This document shows positions 32,889 through 42,476 of a stretch of DNA of 64,000 nt, piece by piece. The DNA comes from Abditibacterium sp. (lineage in GTDB: Bacteria; Armatimonadota; Abditibacteriia; Abditibacteriales; Abditibacteriaceae). How positions within the stretch are numbered: position 1 is the stretch's first letter; every line of letters starts with the position of its first letter. The stretch covers positions 1,440,001 through 1,504,000 of the forward strand of contig OZ251992.1 in NCBI GenBank assembly GCA_965246885.1, written 5' to 3'. Made by a program: the position numbers and the translations under genes. The notes beneath the pieces were generated by a model. It saw nothing but the letters and a program-made list of their open reading frames with translations. It was not told the origin of the DNA and made no database searches.

Positions 32889-33893
32889 TTAGCGTAGCCG
32901 TTGCCGGAAAATCTCGCCTTTGGCGTCCATTAAGTAAACCGCGTCCCTGTTCTTGGTGAACGTCCACCCCCTGAGCGGCGCGGGCAGGTTGTTCTTGTGC
33001 CACAGCAGAACTTTTCCCGTGCGCCCATCGCGCACAATCAGCGCGTCGTGTTCGATGGTGACGAGCGTCTTGCCGCCGTCTTCCCATAAAGGCTCACAAG
33101 AGAACGTATAGAAACCTGTGTCCTTCGGTGCGGAAAACCAGAGGCGCTTGCCCGTTTGGGCGTCTCGAACATCGAAGCGATGGAGAAGATTGAACCAAAC
33201 CCAGATAAGCGACTTGTCCGGGGAAAGCTTCCATGTGTCGTACTCGTTAGCCGTTTTAAATGAATACTTTGGCTTGGTCGCACCATGCGGGAAGTAGGAA
33301 ATCTCTGACGCATCTTCAGGGAATCCTCCGATAGTGGGAATCCTTGCTTTCCAAGGCGAAGTTTCAGCCGGAAGAGTGCGGAGAAGTTCTCCTGTCTTTG
33401 CGTCGTAGAAGCGGCGTGAATGCTTGGTCTTTGTCTGAACCTCCTTCCCGGAAAAGCCAACGAGTTCCTCGTCTTCAAACAATCTGCACTTCCACAAGAA
33501 AACGCCCTGAACGGATTGAACATTCAAGGAGATGCCGCCATCGTCGTCCGAACGGTTGGTTTCAACAGCGATTAGGTGTGAATTGCTCGAAAACTCGATC
33601 TGATCACCATCTAACAACCTCTTCGAGGATGTATCAGAGTTCCAAAGCAAAAAACCTTGGTCAAATTCACCATTCGACAACGACCTCACGTCACCACTCG
33701 ACGCAAGCCATTTGTTGTCAGGGGAAAGATCGAGAAACCTTGGATCAAACCCAACAGCATTGACATGAGCCGGTTGCACTCCAATCAAGTGGGGCCGCCA
33801 ACTCGCAACCGACCGCGCCACGAAGAACAGGACGACCGGCACGCCCGCGCCAAGAGCGGACAAAACGCGCGCCTTCCGAGAGAACTTCGCCAT
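32889..33893 (-). CDS. Membrane-anchored beta-propeller-like (WD40/PQQ-like) protein
   Basis: N-terminal anchor; LSPDNKWLAS, DAKTGELL, DAQTGKRLW and DGRTGKVL repeats. Confidence 0.7.
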   Translation of the reverse strand: MAKFSRKARVLSALGAGVPVVLFFVARSVASWRPHLIGVQPAHVNAVGFDPRFLDLSPDNKWLASSGDVRSLSNGEFDQGFLLWNSDTSSKRLLDGDQIEFSSNSHLIAVETNRSDDDGGISLNVQSVQGVFLWKCRLFEDEELVGFSGKEVQTKTKHSRRFYDAKTGELLRTLPAETSPWKARIPTIGGFPEDASEISYFPHGATKPKYSFKTANEYDTWKLSPDKSLIWVWFNLLHRFDVRDAQTGKRLWFSAPKDTGFYTFSCEPLWEDGGKTLVTIEHDALIVRDGRTGKVLLWHKNNLPAPLRGWTFTKNRDAVYLMDAKGEIFRQRLR

Positions 33894-34006
33894 GAAGCGT
33901 TTAGACCACGCCACGTGCGTCCGTTTCTCCGCGAACCGTAAACTTCCAACGCAACGGATGAAACAACCCCGCTTTCGGGCGGGCAGGGGAGACACCACAC
34001 ACGATC

Positions 34007-35866
34007 ATGGACGGAGCAGAAATTTTATTGGAATCCCTGAAACGCGAAGGATGCGACACGCTCTTTGGCATTTCGGGCGGCGCGATTTTGCCGATTTACG
34101 ATGCGCTCGGCAAACAAGACGACATTTGGAGCATCCTGACGCGCCACGAGCAGGGTGCTGGGCACATGGCCGAAGGCTACGCCCGCGCGACCGGGCGCGT
34201 TGGGCTGTGCATCGGCACCTCCGGCCCCGGTGCGACGAATTTGGTCACGGCCATCACCGACGCTTTCATGGACTCGACGCCGACGGTGTTCTTGAGCGGC
34301 CAAGTCGCTTCGGCCAACATCGGCAAAGACGCCTTTCAAGAATGCGACACCTTTGGCATCACCATGCCCATCGTCAAGCATTCCTACTTATTGAAGAACA
34401 CGCAGGACATCCCGCGCGTGGTCAAGGAAGCGTTCTACATCGCCCGCACCGGACGCCCCGGCCCGGTTTTGATTGACATTCCCAAGGACATCGGCGAGCG
34501 CGAGTTTCAGGGCGTCTTTGAATACCCCGAAACCGTGTCGCTGCGCGGCTACAAGCCCGAAGCCCCCGGCGCGCACGAGCAGATTCTGGCCGCCGCGCAA
34601 CTCATTGCCGACGCCAAGCAGCCGATTCTGTATGTCGGCAACGGTATCAACGCCGTTGACGCCGCCGACGAACTGCTCCAATTCGCCGAGTGGATCAACT
34701 GCCCCGTCACGACGACGCTGCTTGGGCGCGGCGCGTTTCCGGCGGGCAACCCGCTCGCCTTGGATATGCTCGGCATGCACGGCACCGCCTATGCGAACTG
34801 GGCGATGCACGAGACCGACCTCATCATCGCGCTCGGCGTGCGCTTCGACGACCGCGTGACCGGCAACCCCAAACAGTGGGCGCCCAACGCCAAAGTCATT
34901 CACGTGGACATAGACCCGGCAGAGCTTGGCAAAATCCGCTTCGCGCAAGTGCCCATCTGGGGCGACGTGAAGTTAGTTCTCAAGCAACTGCTCGCGGCTG
35001 TGGCGCCCAAGAACCACCGCGAATGGAACGAGAAACTCGCCAAGTGGAAAGCCGCCATGCCGCTCACCTACGAGAAAGAGGGCAAGCTCAAGCCGCAGTT
35101 CGTTCTCGAAGAACTTCAAAAGGCCACGCAAGGCGAGGCGATTCTGACGACCGATGTCGGCCAGCACCAGATGTTCGCGGCGCAGTATTACCACCCCAAG
35201 CGCACGCGCTCGTTCATCACGTCGGGCGGTTTGGGCACAATGGGCTACGGCTACCCCGCCGCCATCGGCGCCAAAGTCGGCTGCTTGCAGGGGCATCGGC
35301 CCGACGCCGACGTGTGGTGCATCACGGGCGACGGCAGTTTCCAGATGAACATCCAAGAGTTGGCGACGGGTGTCATCTACGACATTCCCGTCAAAGTCGC
35401 CGTCCTCAACAACAGCAGCTTGGGTATGGTGCGCCAATGGCAAAAGATGTTCTACTCGAAGCGGTGGAGCGGCATTGACCTCACCAAGTGCCCCGACTTC
35501 GAGAAGATCGCGCAAGCCTACTCCGCGACGGGCGTCACCATCACCGAAGCCGACCAAGTTGCCGACGCCATCCGCGAAGCGCAAAAGAACCCCGGCACCG
35601 TCGTCCTCAACTTCCTCACCGATACCGAAGCCGACGTGTTCCCGATGATCCCCGGCGGCAAAACCGTCCACGACATGGTCGTAGACTCCAGTGCCCGCAA
35701 GATCAAAGTCGGCGGCGGCTACCACGACGCCGAACTCGCGGCAGCCAATGGCACCGATACCCCCGAAAAGGCCGCCGCCCTCCAAGAAGCCGTCGAAACC
35801 GCAACCGCCAACGCCTACGCGGGCGAATGGAACGACGACTTGAAAGCAGGCGAGCGGAAGGTTTAA
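34007..35866 (+). CDS. ilvB: Acetolactate synthase large subunit
   Basis: RHEQGAGHMAEGYAR, TSGPGATN, RFDDRVTG and GDGSFQMN motifs. Confidence 0.96.
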   Translation: MDGAEILLESLKREGCDTLFGISGGAILPIYDALGKQDDIWSILTRHEQGAGHMAEGYARATGRVGLCIGTSGPGATNLVTAITDAFMDSTPTVFLSGQVASANIGKDAFQECDTFGITMPIVKHSYLLKNTQDIPRVVKEAFYIARTGRPGPVLIDIPKDIGEREFQGVFEYPETVSLRGYKPEAPGAHEQILAAAQLIADAKQPILYVGNGINAVDAADELLQFAEWINCPVTTTLLGRGAFPAGNPLALDMLGMHGTAYANWAMHETDLIIALGVRFDDRVTGNPKQWAPNAKVIHVDIDPAELGKIRFAQVPIWGDVKLVLKQLLAAVAPKNHREWNEKLAKWKAAMPLTYEKEGKLKPQFVLEELQKATQGEAILTTDVGQHQMFAAQYYHPKRTRSFITSGGLGTMGYGYPAAIGAKVGCLQGHRPDADVWCITGDGSFQMNIQELATGVIYDIPVKVAVLNNSSLGMVRQWQKMFYSKRWSGIDLTKCPDFEKIAQAYSATGVTITEADQVADAIREAQKNPGTVVLNFLTDTEADVFPMIPGGKTVHDMVVDSSARKIKVGGGYHDAELAAANGTDTPEKAAALQEAVETATANAYAGEWNDDLKAGERKV

Positions 35867-35883
35867 GTCGCGGTTAGGCACAG

Positions 35884-35918
35884 AAAGAGGGCGCGCTGCT
35901 AATGCAACGCGCCCTTTT
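35884..35918. terminator. Bidirectional terminator
   Basis: AAAGAGGGCGCGCTGC-taat-GCAACGCGCCCTTTT between convergent genes. Confidence 0.7.
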
Positions 35919-38011
35919 CACAACCAATCCGCGCCGATTCGCTCGCCGTCAAAGGGCGTGATGCCTTCTTCGACGCTGAAAACTGTTTGCGCGTCGGCTT
36001 TGGATTCGACCAAATGGCCGCGCGCCCCGGCGTGCAGACGGAACAGGTCGCCGAGCGTGGGTTTTTGGAGATGGAGCATGGCGCGTAGGAGGAGTGAAAT
36101 GCCGCCCAGATTGTTGTGAACGTTGTTCCAACTGGGTTCGCGTTTGAGCGCCATGTCTATCCACACCATTTCGCGCGCGTGCAAGTCCACCGCGAGTGGT
36201 AGGCAGATGCGCGTGTCGGAGGCAAGGTCGAAGCGGTCGAGGACGGTGCGCGGCTCGAAAATCTCGCCCGCCCCCGCGCTTTGACGTGCCATTTGTCCCG
36301 CGAAACATTCGGGTAGGTCGTGAAAGGGCTGGTCAGTGAAGGAGTTGACACACATGACCACGAAGCGTCCTCCCGCCGCGATGGTGCGCTTGATGTCTAT
36401 GTCTATAAACTCGGCGGCGCCTTCCGGCGCGTCCACGATGTCGCCGGAGTGCGCGCCGCCGTAGTTCTTCAGGTTGTAATACGACACGACATCTTTGTAG
36501 ATGAAGTTCTCGTCGTAAATGGCGGCGCTCAAATCGAGGTCGGTGCGCTCCTTGCCGTTGCGCCACCACAAAAAGAAGCGCACCACGTTCGCGTCGGGCA
36601 AGGCAATGCGCGAGCCGCGCCCAACCGTGCGCAGGGATTTGGAGGCGCTGCGAATGGCAAAAGGAACGGTGTAGGAATCGAGTCGTGTGTCCAAAAAGCA
36701 CGCGCCAAGCGGCTCCAATTTGGCGAAACGTGCGTGCAGTTCGTTTTCGAGGAGCGCCACGACGCGCTCGCGCACTGTTTCGTCGAGGGGCGCGAGCGCG
36801 CCGCTCCGTCCCCACGCTTTGGCGACTTGGCCTTTAGGGAAGAACACGCGCGGGTCGGTCGGACGGGCGCGGCCTTGAAAATGCGCGTGCATTTGGAGCA
36901 GAGCGGGTGTTGAAACGCGCGAGGCGACGCCCGCGAACGAATCGAGCGTTTGCATCCCGCCATCGTCCGCGCGGCGCAGTAGGGCGTCGAGGCGGCGCGC
37001 GAAATCGCCGGGGCGCCTCACAAGCGCCTCCAACGCCTCGGACAATTGCCCCGTTTCAAGCGCCGCTTCGATGCCCGCGTTGAACGAGCGCACCTTTTCC
37101 CCTTTCCGCAATGAAGCAAAAGCCGCCGCCGCGCGCGGGAACTTGGCGGCAAATTCGCCGGGGTGGAGCGCCTCGCCCAAACGAATCCAGCGCCCTCGCC
37201 AACGGTTCATGTCTTCGAGCGGGTTGGCGATACCCTCCAACAGGCCGAGCAACAAACGGCGTCGGGCGCGCGCGAATTTGAACTTGACGGGCGCGGCAAG
37301 TGACACATCCCCGCCGCACAGCGCGACGGCCAAGCGCAACATGTCCGTCGCGGTCGAGATACGCGGCCCGATCCACGCGGCCCCGCGCGTCGTATGCCCA
37401 ACGAGCAACGCGCCGACAAGCGCGAGCGTTTCGCGCGCCGGGACTTCATCGGGCAAAAGCGGGAGCGCGTCGTCGCCGAAGGTTTCGATGAACCAACGCA
37501 CGTCGGTTTGGTCGGTTTTGGACAACGAGCCTTTGGCGCGCACCAAATCGGTCAGAATCGAAAGGAAGTCGTTCTCGTCGCCCACTTCGATGACCTTGAG
37601 CGGGGTCTGCTCCTGTAGTTCGGGGCGCGGCGCCGATGGAAAAACGGGCAAGCGGTTGGTCAGATAATGTACGAGCGCGTTGACATACAAGCGCGCTTCA
37701 CTCATTTCCATCACTTGCGCCGGGAAGCCGGGATACATCGGCTTGAAGGTGACGTGCGCGCCGACCGCCCTTTTTAACGCCTCCCAAAACGGCGGATACC
37801 ACTCGCGCAGTTGGACAGCCGACAACTGTCGCACGCCAGACAGCGCCTCGCCTGATAGCGTCCAACCGAGCGATTCGAGATTCTTCAGTAGTGCCCCGAC
37901 GATGTTTGCGGGCAACTCCCAGTTCCCGCTACCGTCCGGCGCGGGCAAGGCGATTTTGCGCCGACGACGCAGATACAGTTCGGCGTTGATTTGGAGGCGG
38001 GCGGTCTGCAT
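35918..38011 (-). CDS. Large helical-domain protein with C-terminal TerD-like domain
   Basis: C-terminal RTDLDLSA, HSGDIVDAPEGAAEFIDID and VNSF TerD-like motifs; N-terminal PMYPGFP, TATDMLR, LHPGE and RPGDFARRLD. Confidence 0.85.
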   Translation of the reverse strand: MQTARLQINAELYLRRRRKIALPAPDGSGNWELPANIVGALLKNLESLGWTLSGEALSGVRQLSAVQLREWYPPFWEALKRAVGAHVTFKPMYPGFPAQVMEMSEARLYVNALVHYLTNRLPVFPSAPRPELQEQTPLKVIEVGDENDFLSILTDLVRAKGSLSKTDQTDVRWFIETFGDDALPLLPDEVPARETLALVGALLVGHTTRGAAWIGPRISTATDMLRLAVALCGGDVSLAAPVKFKFARARRRLLLGLLEGIANPLEDMNRWRGRWIRLGEALHPGEFAAKFPRAAAAFASLRKGEKVRSFNAGIEAALETGQLSEALEALVRRPGDFARRLDALLRRADDGGMQTLDSFAGVASRVSTPALLQMHAHFQGRARPTDPRVFFPKGQVAKAWGRSGALAPLDETVRERVVALLENELHARFAKLEPLGACFLDTRLDSYTVPFAIRSASKSLRTVGRGSRIALPDANVVRFFLWWRNGKERTDLDLSAAIYDENFIYKDVVSYYNLKNYGGAHSGDIVDAPEGAAEFIDIDIKRTIAAGGRFVVMCVNSFTDQPFHDLPECFAGQMARQSAGAGEIFEPRTVLDRFDLASDTRICLPLAVDLHAREMVWIDMALKREPSWNNVHNNLGGISLLLRAMLHLQKPTLGDLFRLHAGARGHLVESKADAQTVFSVEEGITPFDGERIGADWL

Positions 38012-38015
38012 AACG

Positions 38016-38041
38016 AAAAAGCGCCCGATGGGGTCGGGCGC
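38016..38041 (-). terminator. Intrinsic terminator 4 nt upstream of the TerD-like gene ATG
   Basis: Minus strand GCGCCCGA-CCCCA-TCGGGCGC-TTTTT-CGTT-ATG. Confidence 0.8.
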
Positions 38042-38049
38042 TTGAGGAT

Positions 38050-38110
38050 GTGGAAATCGAGGACTCTAAGGAGCGTTATAGTTACGAGAAGGAAGAACCC
38101 TCATAGCCAC
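38050..38110 (-). ncRNA. Candidate Y-RNA-like small structured RNA
   Basis: GUGG/CCAC and GAGGGUUCU/AGAGUCCUC stems with a bulge and a ~26-nt pyrimidine-rich loop; TATACT just upstream and a terminator downstream. Confidence 0.5.
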
Positions 38111-38117
38111 GTGCGAA

Positions 38118-38123
38118 AGTATA
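38118..38123 (-). promoter_or_regulatory. Putative -10 box of the candidate ncRNA
   Basis: TATACT 7 nt before the first stem nucleotide. Confidence 0.5.
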
Positions 38124-38140
38124 GCGGCGGCTCTAACCCC

Positions 38141-39532
38141 TCAATGTCCCGCTACCGGCGTTGCCCCCAGTAACTCCTGCACTTGCGCGAGATGCGCGTC
38201 GCGGGCTTGGGGCGAATTGGCTTCGAGGTTGAGGCGCAGGAGCGGTTCGGTGTTGGAGGAGCGGATGTTGAACCACCAGCCGCCGCTTTGGATGTCGCCC
38301 ACCTCGACGGTGAGGCCGTCGAGGGAGTCTAACGCGGCGCCTTGGGCGCTGTAGTGGGCTTTGAGTTTGGCTAAGGTGGCGGGCACGTCGGCGACGCGGT
38401 AGTTGATCTCGCCCGTCGCGCTGTATCTGCGCAGCGGCGCGATGTGCTGCGAAAGCGGCTTGTCCGAGTTGGAAAGCAGGTTGAGGACTTGGATAAGCGC
38501 CATCAAGCCGGAATCGGTGTGGGTGCAGTCGGCGAAATAGTAGTGCCCCGACAGTTCGCCGCCAAAACGGGCGCCGGTTTCGCGCAATAAACGCTTCATA
38601 AAAGTGTGGCCGACGCGCCCGCGCACCGCTTTGCCGCCGTGTTCTTCGATCCACTCCGGCACGGCTTTGGAGGAGCGCAGGTCATACAGGATGGGCGAGC
38701 CGGGGTTTGCCTTGAGCATTTCCCCGGCGATGAGGGCGGTGATGAGGTCGCTCGAAATCGAGGCGCCCGTTTCATCTACGAACATGCAACGGTCGGCGTC
38801 ACCGTCGAAAGCGACACCCAAGTCGAGGCCCTTTTCGCGCACCAAGGCTTCGATGTCGCGTAGGTTTTCGGCTTTGAGCGGGTCGGCCTCGTGGTTGGGG
38901 AAGGTGCCGTCCAACTCGAAAAAGAGCGGCACGAGTTCAAACTGTGGGGACGCCGCGAAGAACTCGGACAAGAAGAAACCGCCCATGCCGTTGCCCGCGT
39001 CTATGCCGACGCGCAGCTTTTTGGAGCCGTAGACACGGAAGTCGTTCATCCACGCGAGGTATTCTTCAAGAGCGCCGTCCACGACGATTTGGTTAGTCTC
39101 TTGCGCGACGGGCGCCGGGTCGGGGTTGTCGAGCGCGGCCAACACATACTCTTCGACATGGCGGAGAGCGCCGTCGTAATCGAGCGGGCGCGCTTCTTTG
39201 CCCGATACTTTGAAGCCGTTGTAGGCGGGGCCGTTGTGCGAGGCCGTCACTTGCACGCCGCCCGAACAATTGTAGCGGTTGATGGCCCAGTAGTTCATCG
39301 GCGTGGGCGCAAGGCCGACTTCGACCGTCGAAACGCCGCCCTCGCGCAGGCCCCGGCTCAGTTCGTCGAACATTTCGGGGGAGTGGGTGCGCATATCGCG
39401 GGTGAGCGCGAGCGACTGGTGCGGCCCGAAAACGCGCGCCGCCAAGCCGCGCCCGATGAGATAGGCCACGCGGGGTGTCAAAAACTCGCCGACCACGCCG
39501 CGAATGTCGTATGCCTTGAAGATGCCTGCCAT
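38141..39532 (-). CDS. Phosphomannomutase/phosphoglucomutase
   Basis: IFKAYDIRG, TASHN, FDGDADR, GGELSGH and RSSNTEP motifs. Confidence 0.95.
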   Translation of the reverse strand: MAGIFKAYDIRGVVGEFLTPRVAYLIGRGLAARVFGPHQSLALTRDMRTHSPEMFDELSRGLREGGVSTVEVGLAPTPMNYWAINRYNCSGGVQVTASHNGPAYNGFKVSGKEARPLDYDGALRHVEEYVLAALDNPDPAPVAQETNQIVVDGALEEYLAWMNDFRVYGSKKLRVGIDAGNGMGGFFLSEFFAASPQFELVPLFFELDGTFPNHEADPLKAENLRDIEALVREKGLDLGVAFDGDADRCMFVDETGASISSDLITALIAGEMLKANPGSPILYDLRSSKAVPEWIEEHGGKAVRGRVGHTFMKRLLRETGARFGGELSGHYYFADCTHTDSGLMALIQVLNLLSNSDKPLSQHIAPLRRYSATGEINYRVADVPATLAKLKAHYSAQGAALDSLDGLTVEVGDIQSGGWWFNIRSSNTEPLLRLNLEANSPQARDAHLAQVQELLGATPVAGH

Positions 39533-39575
39533 GTTGAAAATGCGCGAGGGCGCGCTTTCCAATTTAACCGAAATA

Positions 39576-39682
39576 GAGCGACTGAAGTCGCAGCCAGCGA
39601 GGTCGTCGGCCTTCGCCGACGTTGTAACAGCTAATCCGTCGGCGAAGGCCGACGACCTCGCTGGCTGCGACTTCAGTCGCTC
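39576..39682. repeat. Palindromic REP/MITE-like element, copy 3
   Basis: GAGCGACTGAAGTCGCAGCCAGCGAGGTCGTCGGCCTTCGCCGACG, loop, then its exact reverse complement. Confidence 0.9.
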
Positions 39683-39730
39683 AAACGTAATCCGCACGCG
39701 GGCCAGCGATTTGCGCCCACACTGTGCCGT

Positions 39731-40204
39731 ATGCCCCTCCAAAGCGCTACGCCCGCGCCAGAATTCCTCAATGCCTTCCTCGCCCGCGCCGGGTTGGCGC
39801 GCGATAACCGGCCCGTCGTGCTTGTGTTTTTGCGCTCCGATTGTCCTTGGTGCGCGAGCGAAGCGCCGCGCCTGAGCGACGTTTTCGCGCGCGCCGCGAA
39901 GCTCGACCTGCGCTTTGTCGGCGTTGCGGGCGGGCACGATTCCCCCGATTCTGCCGCCCGTTTCCGCGACGAAAAGCAGTTGAACTTCCCCGTTGTCGCC
40001 GACGACAACGGCGCGCTCACGACGGCCTTTGCCATTGAGCGCGTGCCAAGCGTCGTTGTCCTCAACGCGCACGGCTTGGTCGAGCGCACCTTCGCGGGCG
40101 TGACCGAGCAGTTGGCGGGCATCGTGGAGCGAAGCCTCGGCGCCGTCGCCGACGACCTGCCGCTCCCGACCTACGACATGATCGGCAACGGCTGCGCGCC
40201 CTGA
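39731..40204 (+). CDS. Redoxin/TlpA-like thioredoxin-fold protein
   Basis: PAPEF, CPWC, FPVVAD and VP motifs. Confidence 0.8.
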   Translation: MPLQSATPAPEFLNAFLARAGLARDNRPVVLVFLRSDCPWCASEAPRLSDVFARAAKLDLRFVGVAGGHDSPDSAARFRDEKQLNFPVVADDNGALTTAFAIERVPSVVVLNAHGLVERTFAGVTEQLAGIVERSLGAVADDLPLPTYDMIGNGCAP

Positions 40205-40217
40205 GGCCGGAAACTTT

Positions 40218-40748
40218 ATGGCCCTCAAACGAAGCCTGATATGGATGCTCTGCGGCGCCGTGTGCGGCGCTTTGGCTGGGGCGTTGGCGGCGAGTGTGAC
40301 GGCTACGGTGCTTGTTGGGACTACTTATATGCACAATGGGGCGTTGGACGCCTTGCTCAGTTTAGGCGTTACCGTGCTTTACGGTCTGTCTTTTGGCTGG
40401 CTTCCGGGTGCGCTGGCAGGCGGCGTGGCATTCTTGCTGTTGTCACTCCAACGGGTTGCTGGCCAAGAGCGCGACGCCCGCCGTCTCAATGGGTTACTTA
40501 GGATTGTTTCGCTATCAATTATTTGGGGGACGCCGTTGTTGAGTTTAGTATTGGTGGTATTTCGCCCTTGGGTTTGGCGTGTTTTTCCGGTATGGGGACA
40601 GTGGGTTCATCGAGATGCATTTTTAGCCATCATTGATGCGCGCTACTTCTTAGTCGCAATAGCCGCAACCATCGGAGCGATATGGGCGAGCCGGGTTTTT
40701 TCATCAGCGAAAGCGGAAGTTGACCCGGTGCCCATCGCGCGTCCGTAA
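40218..40748 (+). CDS. Hypothetical membrane protein
   Basis: About four hydrophobic segments. Confidence 0.65.
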   Translation: MALKRSLIWMLCGAVCGALAGALAASVTATVLVGTTYMHNGALDALLSLGVTVLYGLSFGWLPGALAGGVAFLLLSLQRVAGQERDARRLNGLLRIVSLSIIWGTPLLSLVLVVFRPWVWRVFPVWGQWVHRDAFLAIIDARYFLVAIAATIGAIWASRVFSSAKAEVDPVPIARP

Positions 40749-40799
40749 TTTTTGGGCCAAGACCGGAAGATGTTGGCAATTGACTGGCTCAGAAAAACC

Positions 40800-40936
40800 G
40801 AACTTCTTCGACGGCGAACGATTGGCGTAGCCCGGTGAAGCATCGGCGTAACCGCGCGGGTGAGTGGCGCGGCTAATTCCTCCGATGGCGCGACCCGGTG
40901 ACTCGTCGGCGTAGCCCGGTGACTCGTCGGCGTACG
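40800..40936. repeat. 21-nt repeat array
   Basis: GGCGTAGCCCGGTGACTCGTC-like units, and CGCGGCTAATTCCTCCGATGG (reverse of the shared unit). Confidence 0.7.
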
Positions 40937-40996
40937 TGGGCGCAAGGAAGCCGCAACCCGTTTCTCGCGGAGTGGAATCCGGTCAGACTGCGGGGG

Positions 40997-42460
40997 ATGC
41001 TTCTGGCGCGTTGGCTACTGTTCTTTTTGCTGGGCGCGGTGCCGTTTTCGGCGCGGGCGCAGAGCGGCGCTTTGCCACGTGTGCGCGGGGTGCGCTTGCT
41101 GCGGTTGGTGGACGGGCACGATAGACCGCTCACGGGCGATTGTTTTGCGCCGCACTTCGCGGCGCTGGGAAACGGGCTGTGGTTTACCCGTTTGCGCAAC
41201 GGCGCGCGGTCGCTGTGGTTCGCGCTGCCGTTCGTGGACGCGCGCGAGCGGTATCCGGCGTGGCGCGCGGTGCCACTGTGGGAGCCAAGCGCGCCCCTCG
41301 TTTTGGGTGAAGCGCAGCCACTTGGCACCGACCGGGAAACCTTTGTGGGCACGGGGTTTGTCGGCTCAGTAGCGACGCTGTGGCGCGGAGAAGGGGCGCA
41401 GGTGCGCGCGCTGTGGAGCGGGGGCGAGCCGATGTCGGGGCTGGCGCCCTCGCCCGATGGGAAAACCCTCGTCTTCACGCGCACGTTCCGCGACACGAAC
41501 GGGGCGGCGCTGCCGCAACTGTGGCGCATCGGGGTTGGCGGGAAGGATGCCAAGCCGGTGTTAGTGTGCAAGCACGCGCGGCGGGCGTTTTGGCTTGATG
41601 GAGATACCCTCGTCTTCGAGCGTTTGGCGGACAAAGGAGGCGCGTTTTGGACGCTTGACCCATTCGCGGCCTCGGCGCCGCGCCTCTTGTTGGAAGGCAG
41701 TGGCGAAGGTGCGGCGCTCCGGGGCGGGGCGGGGCTGTTGTTCGCGGCGCAAATGCCGGGGAGTCAAACGTCGGGGCTGTTTTGTCTGGCGCGGGATGGT
41801 TCGGGCTTGCGCGCGATACCGGCCACCCAAGGCGCGCGGCGCCCCGCCGTGTCGCCCGATGGCGCGCGTTTGTCGTTCGATGCGCCCGACCCGCGCACGG
41901 GGGCGCGCGCCTTGTGGGTGGGGGAGTTGGACGCCGCTCAAGGCCCGCTCGTGCGGCGTCCGAATCCGGCGCGGGGCGCGCTTTGCGAGGGAACCGCATC
42001 CGTTGCCACTGCGTCCCCATCGGTGACTTCGTCACCGACTCCCGCGCCCTCGGCCACCCCAACGCCAAGCGATGACCGCGCCGACATGGACGTGGCGGGC
42101 ACCCTCGCCAACGCGTCGCGCGGCGCGAAGATGCGGGTGACGCTGTGGGCCAAGAATCGCGGCGTCCGCGCGTGGACGCCTTCGGACGTGCGGGTCGTGG
42201 CGCGCTGGGTGGACTTCGAGGCGGGCACGCGACGGCGCTGGGAGTGGAAATGGATGCGCGCGACGCTTAAGCCCCTTGGCCAGACGCGCCTCCCCTTTGA
42301 ACTGTCCGTTCCCACCAAAGCGGGGCGCTACAAGATCATCTACGGTCTGCTGCGCTTGCCGCCCAAGGGGTCGCGCTTCTCGCCACCCCCGTATGACGCC
42401 CCGCAAGAAGCGTGGCCCGGCGAATTCGCCGCCATCGCCTTCGCGGTGAATGTGAAGTAA
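40997..42460 (+). CDS. Exported TolB/PD40-like protein with C-terminal Ig-like domain
   Basis: Signal peptide ending ARA-Q; PSPDGKTLVF and PAVSPDGARLSF repeats; Pro/Thr linker. Confidence 0.7.
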   Translation: MLLARWLLFFLLGAVPFSARAQSGALPRVRGVRLLRLVDGHDRPLTGDCFAPHFAALGNGLWFTRLRNGARSLWFALPFVDARERYPAWRAVPLWEPSAPLVLGEAQPLGTDRETFVGTGFVGSVATLWRGEGAQVRALWSGGEPMSGLAPSPDGKTLVFTRTFRDTNGAALPQLWRIGVGGKDAKPVLVCKHARRAFWLDGDTLVFERLADKGGAFWTLDPFAASAPRLLLEGSGEGAALRGGAGLLFAAQMPGSQTSGLFCLARDGSGLRAIPATQGARRPAVSPDGARLSFDAPDPRTGARALWVGELDAAQGPLVRRPNPARGALCEGTASVATASPSVTSSPTPAPSATPTPSDDRADMDVAGTLANASRGAKMRVTLWAKNRGVRAWTPSDVRVVARWVDFEAGTRRRWEWKWMRATLKPLGQTRLPFELSVPTKAGRYKIIYGLLRLPPKGSRFSPPPYDAPQEAWPGEFAAIAFAVNVK

Positions 42461-42476
42461 GGCGCAAGACCGGCAA

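Noticed and set aside
39533..40228. N-terminal extension making the phosphomannomutase 695 aa
   Set aside because: Runs through a palindromic repeat and antisense to the redoxin gene; the family start MAGIFKAYDIRG is at 39532
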